From the human T2T-CHM13v2.0 reference genome, Homo sapiens, in NCBI RefSeq assembly GCF_009914755.1, contig NC_060927.1: DNA of 64,000 bases. One strand, written 5' to 3'. The translations under genes and the position numbers were made by a program. Below the pieces are notes generated by a model, which was not told where the DNA came from, did no database searches, and saw only the letters and a list, made by a program, of their open reading frames with translations. Shown piece after piece: positions 29,316 through 42,587 of the stretch; position 1 is the stretch's first letter; each line of letters begins with the position of its first letter.

Positions 29316-29956
29316 ATAATACAACAATATAAAAAAGAATCAGTTCTGAGACTAGAATATTGAAAGTATAGACAGGTAATTTTTAGATGAATAGGTAGAC
29401 TATTAAATGCATCTATCAAATGACAGAAAAATGTTTACGTGGTAAATATTAGCATCCCCTAATTAAAAGTGTTCAAGTTGATATTTAGAGAAAACTTGAT
29501 AAAAGTGGCTTTCAAGGTCCTTTCTGAAAAAGTATTCTTTAATAAATCTGATGAAGCAATTTTGTCTTACCTATTGTTGTTTATGATAACAGTTGCTAAG
29601 ATAACTTCCACAGATATCACCAGCTGGAAGACAAATTTGATAGAGATAAAAATTTCTCTTCCAACAACCTTACCCTAGAGTTAACAAGATTTTCTATTTT
29701 CACTTCTTTGATTAACACCTTACTCTTATTATGTTCCAACCTCTAACAGATGGCATAAAACATACCCATCATCAACATTTTAGAGTTAGTATATAAATCA
29801 ACAAATGAGCAATTGTGTAGCAAATACCATGGACTTTACCACCATCTAATATTAATGAATCTTTTGAGGTCTCCATGATCAGATTGCTAATATATTAAAC
29901 AAGTCTGAACAAACCTTGCACCTTACCCTGAGATTTAAATAATTTTTAAAAATAAG

Positions 29957-30407
29957 TGCGATTGGCTTGATAATGATACTTCAAGAGGTTTTCATGTTTG
30001 TTATCCTTTGTGAATATTACTTTCTATAGTAAATGGGCTTTGGAGATATAAATAAATTAAGGATCTTGAGATGTGCAGGTTTATCCTGGTTTCACATGGT
30101 GGGCCGTAAATGTAATTACAAGGGTGTGCTCTAAGAGGAAGTCCAGACGGTCAAAGGAAGAAGTCTGAAGAAGGATTAAGAAGTTAGAGGCCAGTGGTTG
30201 GAGTGATGCCAGGAACGGCCTCAAGCCAAGGAATAAAGCAACTTCTAGAAGCTGAAAAAGGCAAGAAAAGTGATTCTAGAAAGAACTGAACCTATTCACA
30301 TTTGCATGACCCTTTTTGGACTGCTGACTCTCAGAACTCTAAGGTTTCAAAAATCAAGCCACTAAGTTTGTGGCAATTTATTACAACCACAATCATAAAC
30401 TAATACA
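29957..30407 (+). mobile_element. MaLR solo LTR, MLT1D-like
   Basis: ttaaggatcttgagatg, aagccaaggaat...ttctagaagctgaaaaaggcaag; ends aagccactaagtttgtggcaattt...aaactaataca. Confidence 0.75.
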
Positions 30408-30849
30408 ATGAGAAAAAACATTCTCCTTATTTTAATATTTTTTTTCATTTCTACCAATTACTAAAAGATTTAAAAAGCAATTAGCCATCAAATATGAAAC
30501 TCACATCAATTTTGGAGTTATTTTTTCCTGGAAACCTTAATATGGAATAGCTTAAATTCAAATGATATACCAAAGTATTCATTTGAAAGCCTCATAATAA
30601 AAGACCTCTCCCAATTTCCTGATTCTAAAGATAATATTTTGAACTGCAAGTGTTCTTTGCAATATTCATAATGAGTGGATATCAAGATACATACATGCTG
30701 TATAGCATATATGAGAGAATGAATGAAAAGGAATTCAAACTCTTCTCTAATTACAAAGTAAGTTTTTAAAACTTCTAAGGTAAAATGGAATACACAATAT
30801 TATTTTGTGTGCGTGTCATTAGATAAATAAATGCATGATATAGAGGAAG

Positions 30850-31600
30850 AAAAAATAGCACTGCTAGATGAATATAATATGGTTCAATAATATTGGAGAA
30901 TAATCTAGTGAAACTTAGTAAAGCTAAGGATGGATGTGTCCATGACTTACACACATATTATTTCCTGTATATGTGCCAAGAAATAAACTCTTACACCAAA
31001 AACATCTTTTGAAAGGAGACATCTACATGAATGGTCAAGGGAGTATTGTTTACAATAATAACTGAAAAAACAATAAAATAACTATGAAACTACAATAACT
31101 ACAAAAACTAAACCAATAATAACTAGATAACCAATAAAAAGTAGAAAAACAACAAAATGGAAATCCCATAGGAAGAAAATAGTTACATATAGTATTGATA
31201 TACAGCCACTAAATACTAGAAAGAAGGGAAAATAAACTATAGCTATGCACATCAACGTGAATGGATTGCAACCACATAATATCAAAGCCAAATGAAAAAT
31301 AATATATACACTACAACCCAATGTATAAAAACCAGAAATATGAAAAAACTAAACAATATGTTTTCTAGGAATGTATAGACATATTGTAAACCATCAAGTA
31401 GAGAAAGGAAATGGTAAGCAAAGATTCAGGATGGCAGTGAGCTCTGGGGAGCAAATAGGAAAATGTAACCTAGGGATAGGAGGTAGGTGAGGAGCGCAAT
31501 AGAAAGATGAAGGTAGTGGTAATATTTATTTTATTTAAGCTATGTGGAGATGTTTATTACATTATCATTTTTAAAACAAGCTTTTTTACATTGATGATCT
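30850..31600 (+). mobile_element. Ancient L1ME 3' end
   Basis: Degenerate motifs catgaatggtcaagggagtattgtttacaata and caacgtgaatggattgcaaccacataat. Confidence 0.5.
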
Positions 31601-32059
31601 TTATGACACTTTTTAAGGCAACATTCAGAGTAACCAAGGGGAGGTCATACCTTTTTAGCTGGTTTGAGTTTTCATGTCTTTCCTGAAAGGCTGCTAAAGG
31701 GTGCAACACATAACAAATTCTCAGTCTTTTAGACATCACAATGCTTTTTTAGCTGAAGTACTTAAGAAAGCAAACCTCTAGTTTCATGTTAAGTTGCCAT
31801 GATAAATCCTGTGTCATTCATATGTTCAAAGAATATAACTGCTTATTTAGGTTTATACAATAGTATCTAGAGCCTGTTATGTTTATTACAGATTTAGCTC
31901 AGATTTTTCTCCTTCACCTTCTGGTCTTTGAAATACTTCCTTGTTTGTCTCACTTTTTTCCTCATGCTGCCAACCCTGCAATTAGGCTATTTTTTTTTTT
32001 TAATGAAGGAAGTAATCATAAGCTTCTAAATCTCAGTTCTCTTATTTTTCTGGTTTGCT

Positions 32060-32205
32060 TTTTTTTTTCTTGCAATTAATTACAATCTCTGAGCTACAAT
32101 TTAATTATTATCAAGATGATAATGCACACATCATAGGGCTTTTGTGCAGATAAAATGACATAAAATTTTAGCAGAATTGTGAGGTACTGAATAAAATTTA
32201 GCACT
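32060..32205 (+). mobile_element. MIR fragment
   Basis: ctctgagctacaattt...gataatgcacacatcatagggcttttgtgcagataaaatga resembles the MIR core and 3' part. Confidence 0.5.
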
Positions 32206-34795
32206 CCTTGCTGTCTTTCCCTTATTTCAGTCTCAGGTCCACCCTTTTAGCCACACCCACAAGAGGGCTCTAACTAGCTTTTTTCTTGTTACTGTTTTTC
32301 CCTTTGCACTTCATTTCTTCTTTACTAAACCTTCTCTAGATCTCCAATTTCTAGACTATTGTCGATCATTTTATTTTCAAACTACCCATTCTTCTAATAG
32401 CAATCCAGTCTTTTATTATCTTTTGCTCATTTTTTGTCCAATCTCATTTTCTTGTGAACTAATACTTGCCCACCTAACACGCCAAAGTTTCTATTTCCTC
32501 AATGACATCATGGCTGCTGCTACGTTAAGGGATCCTCTGATGACTCACAAACAAGATTAATATGTAAAGAAATTCTCACTCTTTTCTCTAAATAATTGCA
32601 GTTATTCTCCCATAACTATAGTTATTATTTTCCTAATAATTACGTTGATCATTGTCAAAGTGGACACACACAGGTCCATCATGTAAATAAAAATAATTTT
32701 AATATAATTAGTTTTTTAAACATAAAACTTGACATTTTATTTATTGAAAGTATATAATAAGAAATTTGAGAATTAGATTATTCCTTATACTTAAATTGAC
32801 ACCATATATCAACACTGTTTGGTGTTATATCCTGAGAATAGTTGAATTATTCTTTACACCCCCCCAAAACAAAAAATACTTAAATCACCAAAACACAGAA
32901 TTTTTCTTTCTGTGGGCATAGGAGGAGTCAAGATTTTCTTCCACGTTTAAAATTCAGGAGGGACACCCTCAGAACTTTCCACACAGTTTAAGACTAGCTG
33001 TCAGAACATTTATGCAGATAGTACACTCATATGCCGATACTGTAAATACATAAAAATTTTTGTTGATATTTAATTACTCTGTTCATAGCAAATCTCTGAT
33101 GTCCATTATAGATAGTTTATATTACTGATAGACCATTATTTTTACACATACTGAGGCAATTACTTGTATTCGCGGGCTTCTTAGGCCTATTCCTATTTAA
33201 TGAGTAATGACTGGCAGAAGAAACAATATTTTCTAAATTCCCAGATGTTGAGCATAAAAATATATATTTTCTTTAGTCTTTAGGGCTCTCAAACTTTCTG
33301 TTATATAGGAAAGTGGAAAGTTAAAATAGGAGAGAAGACAAAGAACAAGATATGTAGCTGAGGTATGGCAGTCTGCCAAATAGTTATGATCAGCCTGCAA
33401 TATTTACTGTGCAGCAAGTAAAATAGCACTCTGCATTGTGTAGAAGGAATTAGAGAGTGGGAGTGGTTCCCTAGTCTACTTTAGTCAACACTGTTTTGAG
33501 GAGGCAAAAATAGTATATGAAACTAATCTAATTAAAGGAACCTCAAAGCTAATGGGATGTATTACTAATATTGTAAATGTGGTGTTTATTTGAAAAAAGA
33601 AAACTTACTTGAAAAAGAATTGCATTCCCTTTCTTACATGAAATAATCAGAAAAAAATTGTGATTCAGAGAGCTGAAACCATGAGGAGGTCGTATACAAA
33701 CAAGTGAAATAAACAAATCAAATATTTAATTAAAATTCAAACTTAATGGAAGCCCAATTTTATTATTGTATGTGAATTTTAACCAATAATAATTTTTCAA
33801 ATATTATAAAATGTGAAAACTAATGTTGATATTAAGTTTTTTTCACTGGATTAAAACTCTGTCATCTTGTTATTTGCTTTACAAATTGATACTTGACCAA
33901 AAATATTTACATAATAAAGAGATATAGTTGGATTTCCTATATATTGGTTTATTCTAGTCAACCATGAAGTAGAATCTTGTTATGGGAAAACAGTTAATCA
34001 AAATTTGTAAACAACACATAGCTAAGTATGGCAAATACACAAAGAGTAACATAATGAGGTAGTTTCTAGTGCATGGAAATTAAAGTCTCTTTAGGGAGAT
34101 GATGAAAAAACTGGAAGAAAAAAACTGGAGAATGGCATATTTAAAGTTTATTGTTGCATAAAGTGTATAAATATTCTAAAATTTTAGCAAAGGAAGGGAC
34201 TGTTGTACCTTGAATAGTAGAATGAGATGTCCTAATGGAGGAATGGTTAGCTTTCATGCAGAAATTTTAGTATAATTAGGGAAGACAGTGAGAATGGCAT
34301 CATTGTTGTCTGAAGAGAGCAGGAGCAAAAACACAAACATAGAATACATATGAGGAGGGAGCCAAGGGAGGGAATGGAGAAATGGAGGATCATAGCAAAA
34401 TGATGTTCCCTTAAGATGTCCATGTCCTAATTCCCAGAATTTGTGAATATGTTAGGTTATATGGAAAAGGGAATTAAGTTTGCTGATGGAATTAAGGATG
34501 CTAATCAGCTACCTAAAAATACAGAAATGATTTTGCCTTATCTAGGTTTGCCCAATGTAATTAAAAGATTCCTAAAAGTTCATCAAGGAAAACAGAAGAG
34601 TCAGAACCGAACAGGCAGATGTAACTACAGAAGCAAAATTGGAATGCTGAGCTATGGGAAGTATTCAAGTCAACTACGCTGGTTTTGAAAATGAAAGAAG
34701 AGTGTGACCAACCAAGGAACACCGGCAGCCTCTACATACTGGAAAAGGTAAGGAAACAGACTATCACCCATGGCCTCCAGAAAGTGAGGAAGCCT

Positions 34796-37006
34796 AATAT
34801 TAGTCTGTTTTCACACTGCTATAATTATACTACCTGAGACTTGATAATTTGTTAAAAAAAATGTTTAATTGGCTCACAGTTCAACAAGGCTGGGGAGACC
34901 TCAGGAAACATACAATCATGGTGGAAGGAGAAACAGGCACATCTTGCATGGCAGCAGGAGAGAGAATGAGTGAAGGGGAAACTGTCAAACACTTATAAAA
35001 CCATTAGATCTCATGAGAAATCATTCACTGTCATGAGAACAGCAAAGCAGAAACTTCCCTCATGATCCAATCACCTCCCACCAAGTTGGTCTGTTGACAC
35101 GTGGGGATTTATGGGGATTACAATTTGAGATGAAATTTGGGTGGGGACTCTGAGCCAAACCATATTATTCCATCCCTTATCACTCCCAAATCTCACATTC
35201 TTTTTACATTTCAAAACCAATCATGCTTTCTACAGTCCCCTAAAGTCTTAACTCTTTCCAGTCTTAACTCAAAAGTACAAGTCCAAAGTCTTATCTGAGA
35301 CAAGGCAAGTCCCTCCCACATCTGAGCCTGTAAAATCAAAAACAAGTTAGTTACTTCCAAAATATAATGGGGGTACAGTCCCTTGATAAGTCCTCCTATT
35401 CCAAATGGGAGAAATTGCCCACAAAAAAGAGACTATAGTCCCCAGGAAAGCCTCAAATCCAGCAGGACAGTCATTACATCTTGGACAGCTTTGCCCTGTG
35501 GCTTTGTAGGGTACATTCCCCATCCCAGCTGCTTTCATGAGCTAGTGTTGAGTGTCTGTGGCTTTTCCAGGCGTATGGTGAAAGCTGTTGGTGGATCTGC
35601 CATTCTGGGGTCTGGAATACAGAGGCCTTTTCTCAAAGCTCTGCTAGGCACTACCCCAGTGGAGACTCTGTGTGGAGACTGAAACCCCATATTTTCCCTC
35701 CTCACTGCCCAAGCAGAGGTTCTCCATGGGGACTCCACCCCTGCAGCAGACTTGCCTGAACATCCAGGCATTTCCATACATGCTCTGAAATCTAGGTAGA
35801 ATTTCCCAAACCTCAATTCTGTGGACCTGCAGGTTGGACCTCAATTCAACCTTGGACCTCAATTCAACTTCTGTGCACCTGCAGGCCCAACATTATGTGG
35901 AAGCCACCAAGGCTTGGGGCTTTCACCCTCTGAAGAAATGGCCTGAGTTGTACCTTGAGCCCTTTTAGCCATGGCTGGAGTTGGAATGGCTGGGACGCAG
36001 GGCACCAAAACCCAAAGCTGCACACAGCCTGGCTCATGAAACCATTTTTCCCTCCTAAGCCTCCAGGTCTGTAATAGCAGGGGCTGTACCCAAGAACTCT
36101 GAAATGCCTTGGAGATATTTTCCCCAATGTCTTGGTGATGAACATTTGCTTCCTTGTTCCTTAGGCAAATTTCTGCAGCCAGCTGAATTTCTCCCCAGAA
36201 AATAGGTTTTTCTTTTCTATCGCATTGTCAGCCTGCAAATTTTTCAAATTTTATGGTCTGCTTTCCTTTTAAACATAAGTTCCAATTTCCCATCATTTTT
36301 CTCAAGTTCAAAGTTCCACAGTTCTCTAGGGCAGGAGCAAAATGCTGCCAGTCCCTTTGCTAAAGCGTAGCAAGAGACACCTTTGCTCCAGATTCCAAGA
36401 AGTTTTTCATCTCCATCTGAGACCGCCTCAGCCTAAACTTCATTGTCCACATCATTATCAGCATTTTGGTCAAAACCATTCAAGTCTCTAGAAAGTTCCA
36501 AACTGTCACACATCTTCCTGTCTTCTTCTGAGCCCCTAAACTGTTTCATCCTCTGCCTGTTACCCAGTTCCAAAATCGTCCACACTTCTAGATTAGCTTT
36601 ATAGCAGGATCCAACTCCACTGGTACTAATTTACTATATTAGTTCCACTTTCACACTGCTATAAAGACACTTCCCAAGACTAGGTAATTTATTTTAAAAA
36701 AAGAGGTTTAATTGATTCACATTTGCACATGGCTGGGGAGGACTCATGAAACTTACAATTTTGGTGGAAGGGGAAACAGGCATATATTACATGGCATCAG
36801 GAGAGAGATTGTGTGAAGGAGAAACTGCCCTACACTTATAAAACCATTAGATCTCATGAGAACTCACTCACTATTACGAGAACAGCGTGGGGAAAACTGC
36901 CTTGCCCCCATGATCCAATCACTAGTCCCTCCCTCAACATGTGGGGATTATAAAGATTACAATTCGAGATGAAATTTGGGTGGAAACACAGAGCCAAACC
37001 ATATCA
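34796..37006 (-). mobile_element. Full-length THE1D-like MaLR provirus: 3' LTR 34796-35167, internal region, 5' LTR 36635-37006
   Basis: Two homologous LTRs (tattagt...cacactgctataa...gagccaaaccatat.a) flank a THE1-type internal region. Degenerate TSD AGCCT/AGCAC. Confidence 0.9.
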
Positions 37007-37072
37007 AGCACCAATGACACCTTTATTTTAGTTCACTAAGACCTGTCTTGTTCTAACCTACAGCACTATAAG

Positions 37073-37560
37073 AATAGGGGAGGCAAAGTTTTACCTCTAC
37101 GTTCTTAGAGCCCCCTGCTGGACCTGGGAATTAAATTGACATGAATAGATTGACAGGAGAAAAGCATACAAGTATAGTATGTTTGACACAACAAGGGAGC
37201 TCTCATAAGCAAATTAAGACTCAAAGATGTGGCAAAATTTACATACCTTTGTAGTAGGTTCAGCAAATAGAGGCAATTGAGGAAAAGTGATTATATTATA
37301 TGGTGAGGCTAAAGGAAGACAATAATTATTTTAACAAGGTCTAGTTGTACAAAATTATCTTGTTTATAGCTCCCCATCCCAACATGTTTCTTTTCTCTTG
37401 GTACAGAAGGGCATCTTTCACATGGGAGTTTTTATCTCTTATTTGTAGGAGAACATTGGAATGCCCTTCTTGCATCTGCTATTTTTCAGGTGCCTTTAAA
37501 CTGAAGTAAACCTTATGTCAAAGTTACATATGTTGGGGTGGAATATTCTGCCACCATTCA
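37073..37560 (-). mobile_element. ERV1 solo LTR, MER34 family (MER34B-like)
   Basis: Minus strand starts TGAATGGTGGCAGAATATTCCACCCCAACATATG. Perfect 4-bp TSD TAAG (37069-72 / 37561-64). Confidence 0.8.
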
Positions 37561-39424
37561 TAAGATAATACATTTGTATTCCCTTATACCACTTTTTGTG
37601 GTAATTTGTTCTGGATTGCCTAGAAGCTTAAGTCATCATCACTCTAAGAGTAAGGATCAATATTCAGATAAAGAGGGATATCCTTTATTAATGGTGTGAG
37701 AATGAAAATCAACAAAAATAAGAAAAAATATACTTTTTAAGTCAAATGTTGGAGACAAAAATGACTGAAGAGAAATGTGGATGATAAATATATTTTTTTC
37801 CAAAGATATAAAATGGCAATATACTAGATGATTCTTTTCAATTATTGTTTAGTTACTATTTGTATAAGACCTATGTGAAATTACCAAATTTTTTTGAATA
37901 GCAATAATTTAATTTAGTATGAATTGGATTAACATTTGCAATGGAGGTATAATATGTAGATAAAAATATTTTACTGAAGTAGGAGAATTTCAGATATGTA
38001 CATATAATATGCACCATATATAGTAAAACATGTCATCCAAATGTATAAATATAATTACCTCAATTTTATTTTTAAAAGCCATACTCATTACAAAAGAGAA
38101 ATCTGTAAGGTAATGATGACCTCAAGTCTATTTTTCAATTTAAATTATATAATCAATTTATAATTATCTATATTAATGATAAATTTAGATCTACATACAT
38201 TGAATTTAATCACTTTCAGCACAATTCACATAATGACTATTACAAATAATAAACATAAGATTCTATAGTTTATTTAATCATGGATCCATCCTGTCCACCA
38301 CATTATTTTAACTTAGTAACACCAAATGCCTCGCAAATTATAAATAACTACTCTTTTCCTTTGTTATTCTCCATTATTTTGAATGAAAATAGTTAGACTA
38401 TTTCAAGATACGGACTAGGGTTTTTACCTACTTCATTTCTTTTTTCAGATAGAACCCAAGGACATTTTACTGATCTGAGCATATTTTATATCAATCGTTT
38501 TGAGACTACTTTATTTGCATTAACAAGTGAGTATTTCAGACCAGCAGCCCTCAAGGTCTTTCAATAACTCAGAAATACCTATCCATATACTCAGTTATTC
38601 CATTATATCTCTGTGAACAAAAATGAGCTGTGAGAATGAACATTGGCATGTAAACTTCAATCTTTCATGCCTTCTCATTTTATAGAGTTGCCTATGTTTA
38701 ACACTGGTTCCACAATAACACTTCAGTGACAAAAATGTGCTTTCAAACTAGGATTAACAGTTGATGAAGGAAACAGAATAAAGGCTATAACGATTTGTAT
38801 AATAATCACATTCTGATATTGAATTGCTTTATTATTTATTTCCTGTAGAACTATATACTTAGCCATGAACAATAAGCATACAAAGGTATTAGAATGAGTT
38901 ATTTAGCAGTTACGTTATCTTTTATAAGTAGTGTAAACTGCATAATTGTTTAATATATCTTTTAGCTTTCAGGTTTCTTTTATTTATTCACTACTATTTT
39001 CCTCATACTTGAGAAATGTTAAAAATATTTATCAATAAAAAATTGAAACTACTAGACTCCAATTCTCTCAAATAATAAATATTTGATTTTATTTACCTAA
39101 AAAAATTTTGTAGAATTTATAGGCCATCGTCTTCCCAGCTACAGAATATTAATAAAATGAACACTAATAAATGTGTGTGTGTATATATATATATATTCAC
39201 ATATTTCTTAGCCTTCAGGTACCCATCATTTATATATAAATTATTGTATGTAAATGATATATATGATATATAAATCATTTGCATATAAATGATGTGTACA
39301 TGAAAGCTAATAAAGAGTTTCTCACTATAGAATTATTATTTCTGGCTTCATGATGAAATGTTTCTCAAAACATCTGCTCTGTGGGATTTTTGAGATTCTT
39401 GTTATCAAAACTATCTTTATAATA

Positions 39425-40530
39425 ACAGATGTTACTTGTCTTTTTCACTTCTTTGACACTTGCATTGATGGTGCAAAAACAGTAGTGGATGAGAGTACTA
39501 GCACAAATTAGAGCAATGGCATCAAACAGTAATTATAGTCTCTTGCAGAAATTAAAACATCAGTTTCAGTCAAAATAAGCCAATAAAATTTCTTTATTTG
39601 TTTAAATAAAATACACACTTTTTTAAAAGTACAGACTTTAAAAATACTTCTTGTAACAAAATGGAGCAAAATATGTTTATTCCGACTTCAGCATTTGGCA
39701 GACATTTTCCTAAAAATGAAAAAAGTGAGGCTTCCACTTCAAGGAAAAAAAATGACAATATATCTATCTAATGAGAACAATTAAGCTATTATGAGAAAAT
39801 TAGAATTTTGGAAAACTTGTATCTGTTACCATAACTTGGCAGCTTTCCAAAAAGACTTTTCTAATTACATCAGTAGTCATATTAACACATGTAATTTACT
39901 TTTGATATCTTAAAATGAAAAGTGATAACATTTATGCAATTAATTACATAATACAGTGAAGCAGTATTTTTCAAATGACCAATATATGATGTCAAAAATC
40001 ACTTATGGGTAAAATATCATCTTAAAGTGCATGCTAAACCAATAGCTTTTAACACTTGAGTATGGAAGTTTAGTCATAGGCTTTCAGATTCTACATTGCA
40101 ACTTATTTCCGAAATATGTGGGGAGTTTGATATAGTAACAAAAAAATCCACTAACTGTTATTATAGCGCTTTCCCTTTTCTAACTACATATATGTGAAAA
40201 CTCTGCTTTTCTTCATATGTTTCAAAGGAACATATTAAAATTACTGTGTTCTATAGTAAGTAATGAATGAGATTTATATATATGTAAATCTCTACCTCTA
40301 TCACTAATTTTTATTATTCTGGGATATATAATAATTATTCATTTTTATAAGAGACATACACCATTTTTTTCAAAATAGAATTAGTTTTGTCCTGTTGTAT
40401 TAGTTATTGAATACTCAAATTTTTTATTTTTGTATTTTAATCTGGAAATCATTAATAGAGATATCCACATTTTAAAAGCCCTTTAAGAATCTCAAAGCTT
40501 TGTAAGAAAGGAGGCAAATATTGATTGAGA
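39425..40530 (+). mobile_element. hAT-Charlie DNA transposon fossil (Charlie1-like) with decayed transposase
   Basis: ttggcagacattttcctaaaaatgaa...cacttcaaggaaaa...gaaaattagaattttggaaaacttgtatc matches the recalled Charlie1 transposase (LADIF.KM...LQGK; KLEFWKTCI). Confidence 0.75.
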
Positions 40531-40554
40531 GGATCAAGATTTTTTTCTAAATTA

Positions 40555-41090
40555 TTCACTTTTTATATTGTTAAAATTTGCATGTCTTTATCATGTACAA
40601 CATGATTTTTAAAATATGTACAGTGTGAAATGGCTAAATGAAGCTAAGTAACATACACATTGCCTCACATACTTATTTTTTTGTGGTGAGAGCACTCACA
40701 ACCTGCTCTCAGCAATTTTCAAGAATACAATCATTACTATTAACTATATTCACCATATTGTACAATAGACTTATCTAACCTACTGCTTCTATCAAACTGA
40801 AATTTTGTATTATTGGAGCAACATCTCTTCAACCCCCACCCCACCCCCTAGTAACCACTATTTTATTCTCTACTTTTATTAGTTCAATTTTTAAAATTCC
40901 ATATAAACGGAGATCATGTACTCTTTTTATTTCTGTACCAGGCTTATTTCACTTAATATAATGTTCTCCATGTTCATTTATGTTTTTACACACAACAGGA
41001 TTTCTTTCTTTTTAAGGCTGAATCATATTTCATTGTGTATATATGCTACATTTTATTCATTCACCCATTGATGGACATTTGGGTTGATCA
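40555..41090 (-). mobile_element. L1MA (MA8-like) 3' end
   Basis: catgtacaacatgatt...cctcacatacttattttttgtggtgagagcact...caattttcaagaatacaat. Confidence 0.8.
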
Positions 41091-41142
41091 CTGTTCCTTA
41101 TCCACATAGAGTTTACCTGTTTAATGAGGAAGACAAATTTAT

Positions 41143-41192
41143 AGCGACAGAGTGAGACTCCATCTCAAAAATATATATTTATAAATAAATAA
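41143..41192 (+). mobile_element. Alu 3'-tip fragment
   Basis: agcgacagagtgagactccatctc followed by an A-rich tail, with no upstream Alu body. Confidence 0.75.
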
Positions 41193-42556
41193 ACTCATGC
41201 ATATGACATAAAACAAGTAAATAATAGATTCTCTTTGAATGTCTTTTAGTTAACTCCTTTGCTTGACTCTATCATGTAATACTCATTGTTCTGTTTCAGA
41301 GAAGTCTGACCTGTGTAGATTATATTAGAAGCCTCTTTTGCACAAGAATAACTGAGTTATTGTTCTTCCTATGCTATGCTGTCCCTTATTGGTTTTCCTA
41401 TGCTATTTATAAAAGAAAGCATTAAAAGTTATGTATCTTTAAAATTTATGTATGGATTTGTTAATCAGAATAATATTTTTTAAAATAGTAGGTGCAGGGA
41501 GAGGGAAGGAAGGCAAGAAGGCTGAATACAAGCCCCCAGTGATCTTTCCCTCCACAGGAACACCAAATTGAACAGCTACCCACATACAAAAAACACCTTC
41601 ATAAGAACCAAAAATCAGGTAAGTGATCACAGTACCTGGTTTTAACATATTATTAAGAAAAGAGACACCAAATAAAGTAGAAAAGACAGTCTTGAATTGC
41701 CTACACCACTCCCTAACTCCCGGCAGAGGCTATGTGGCACAAAGAGAATCTGTGCACTTGTTGGAGAGAGAGTGTAGTGACTGTGGAATTTTGCATTGGA
41801 AATCAGTGCTGCCCTGTCATATTGGAAAACAGCATGAGGCAGAATTCAGCTGGCACCTATGGAGAAAGCATTTAGACCAGCCCTAGCCATAGGCAAATCA
41901 TCCAACCTAGCAGTTGGAACTTGAGTTCCAGCAAGCTCTGCCGCTGTGGGTTAAAGTGCTCTGGGATCCTAAATAAACTTGAAAGGCAGTCTGGGCAACA
42001 AGAACTGAAATTCTTGAGCAATTCCTAGTGCTGTTCTTGGCTGAGAACCAGTGGACTTGAGGTGTATGTGACCAAGCAAGACACCAACTAGGACAGCTAA
42101 GTGAGTGCTTGCATCACCCCTTTCCTAACCCCAGGCAGCAGAGCTCACAAGTCCATGAGAGACAGCTTTCTTTGAATTGAGGAGAGGTGAAGGGAAAGTA
42201 AAGAGGACTTTGTCTTTCAACTTGGATGACAGCTCAGTTACAGTAGAATAAAGCACCAGGCAGAGGCCTGAGGACCCCATTCCAGGCCCTAGTTTCCAGA
42301 TGACGTATCTAGACATACCCTGTGTGAGAAGGGAACCTGCTGCCTTGAAGGGAAGGAACAAGTTCTTGTAGAATTCATCACATACTGAATAAAATCCCTT
42401 GGGAACAGAATAATTAGCAGTGGTGGCAAGGCAGTACTTGCCACAGGCCTTTAGTGCTCCTTAGAGAAATACTGGCTTCAAATGGGATCCAGCACATTCC
42501 CAGCTGTGTTGGCCACAGGAGTGCTTGTGTCACCCAGCTCCCAAATCCAAGCAGCT

Positions 42557-42587
<31 letters not shown>

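Larger units (their letters stand above)
34390..37635 (+). mobile_element. MLT1D-like solo LTR split into three pieces (34390-34795, 37007-37072, 37561-37635) by two later ERV insertions
   Basis: gatgtccatgtcctaattcccagaatttgtgaatatgtt...ggcctccagaaag continues as gacacctttattttag...ctacagcactataag, then ataatacatttgtat...tgtggtaatttgtt. Confidence 0.8.
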
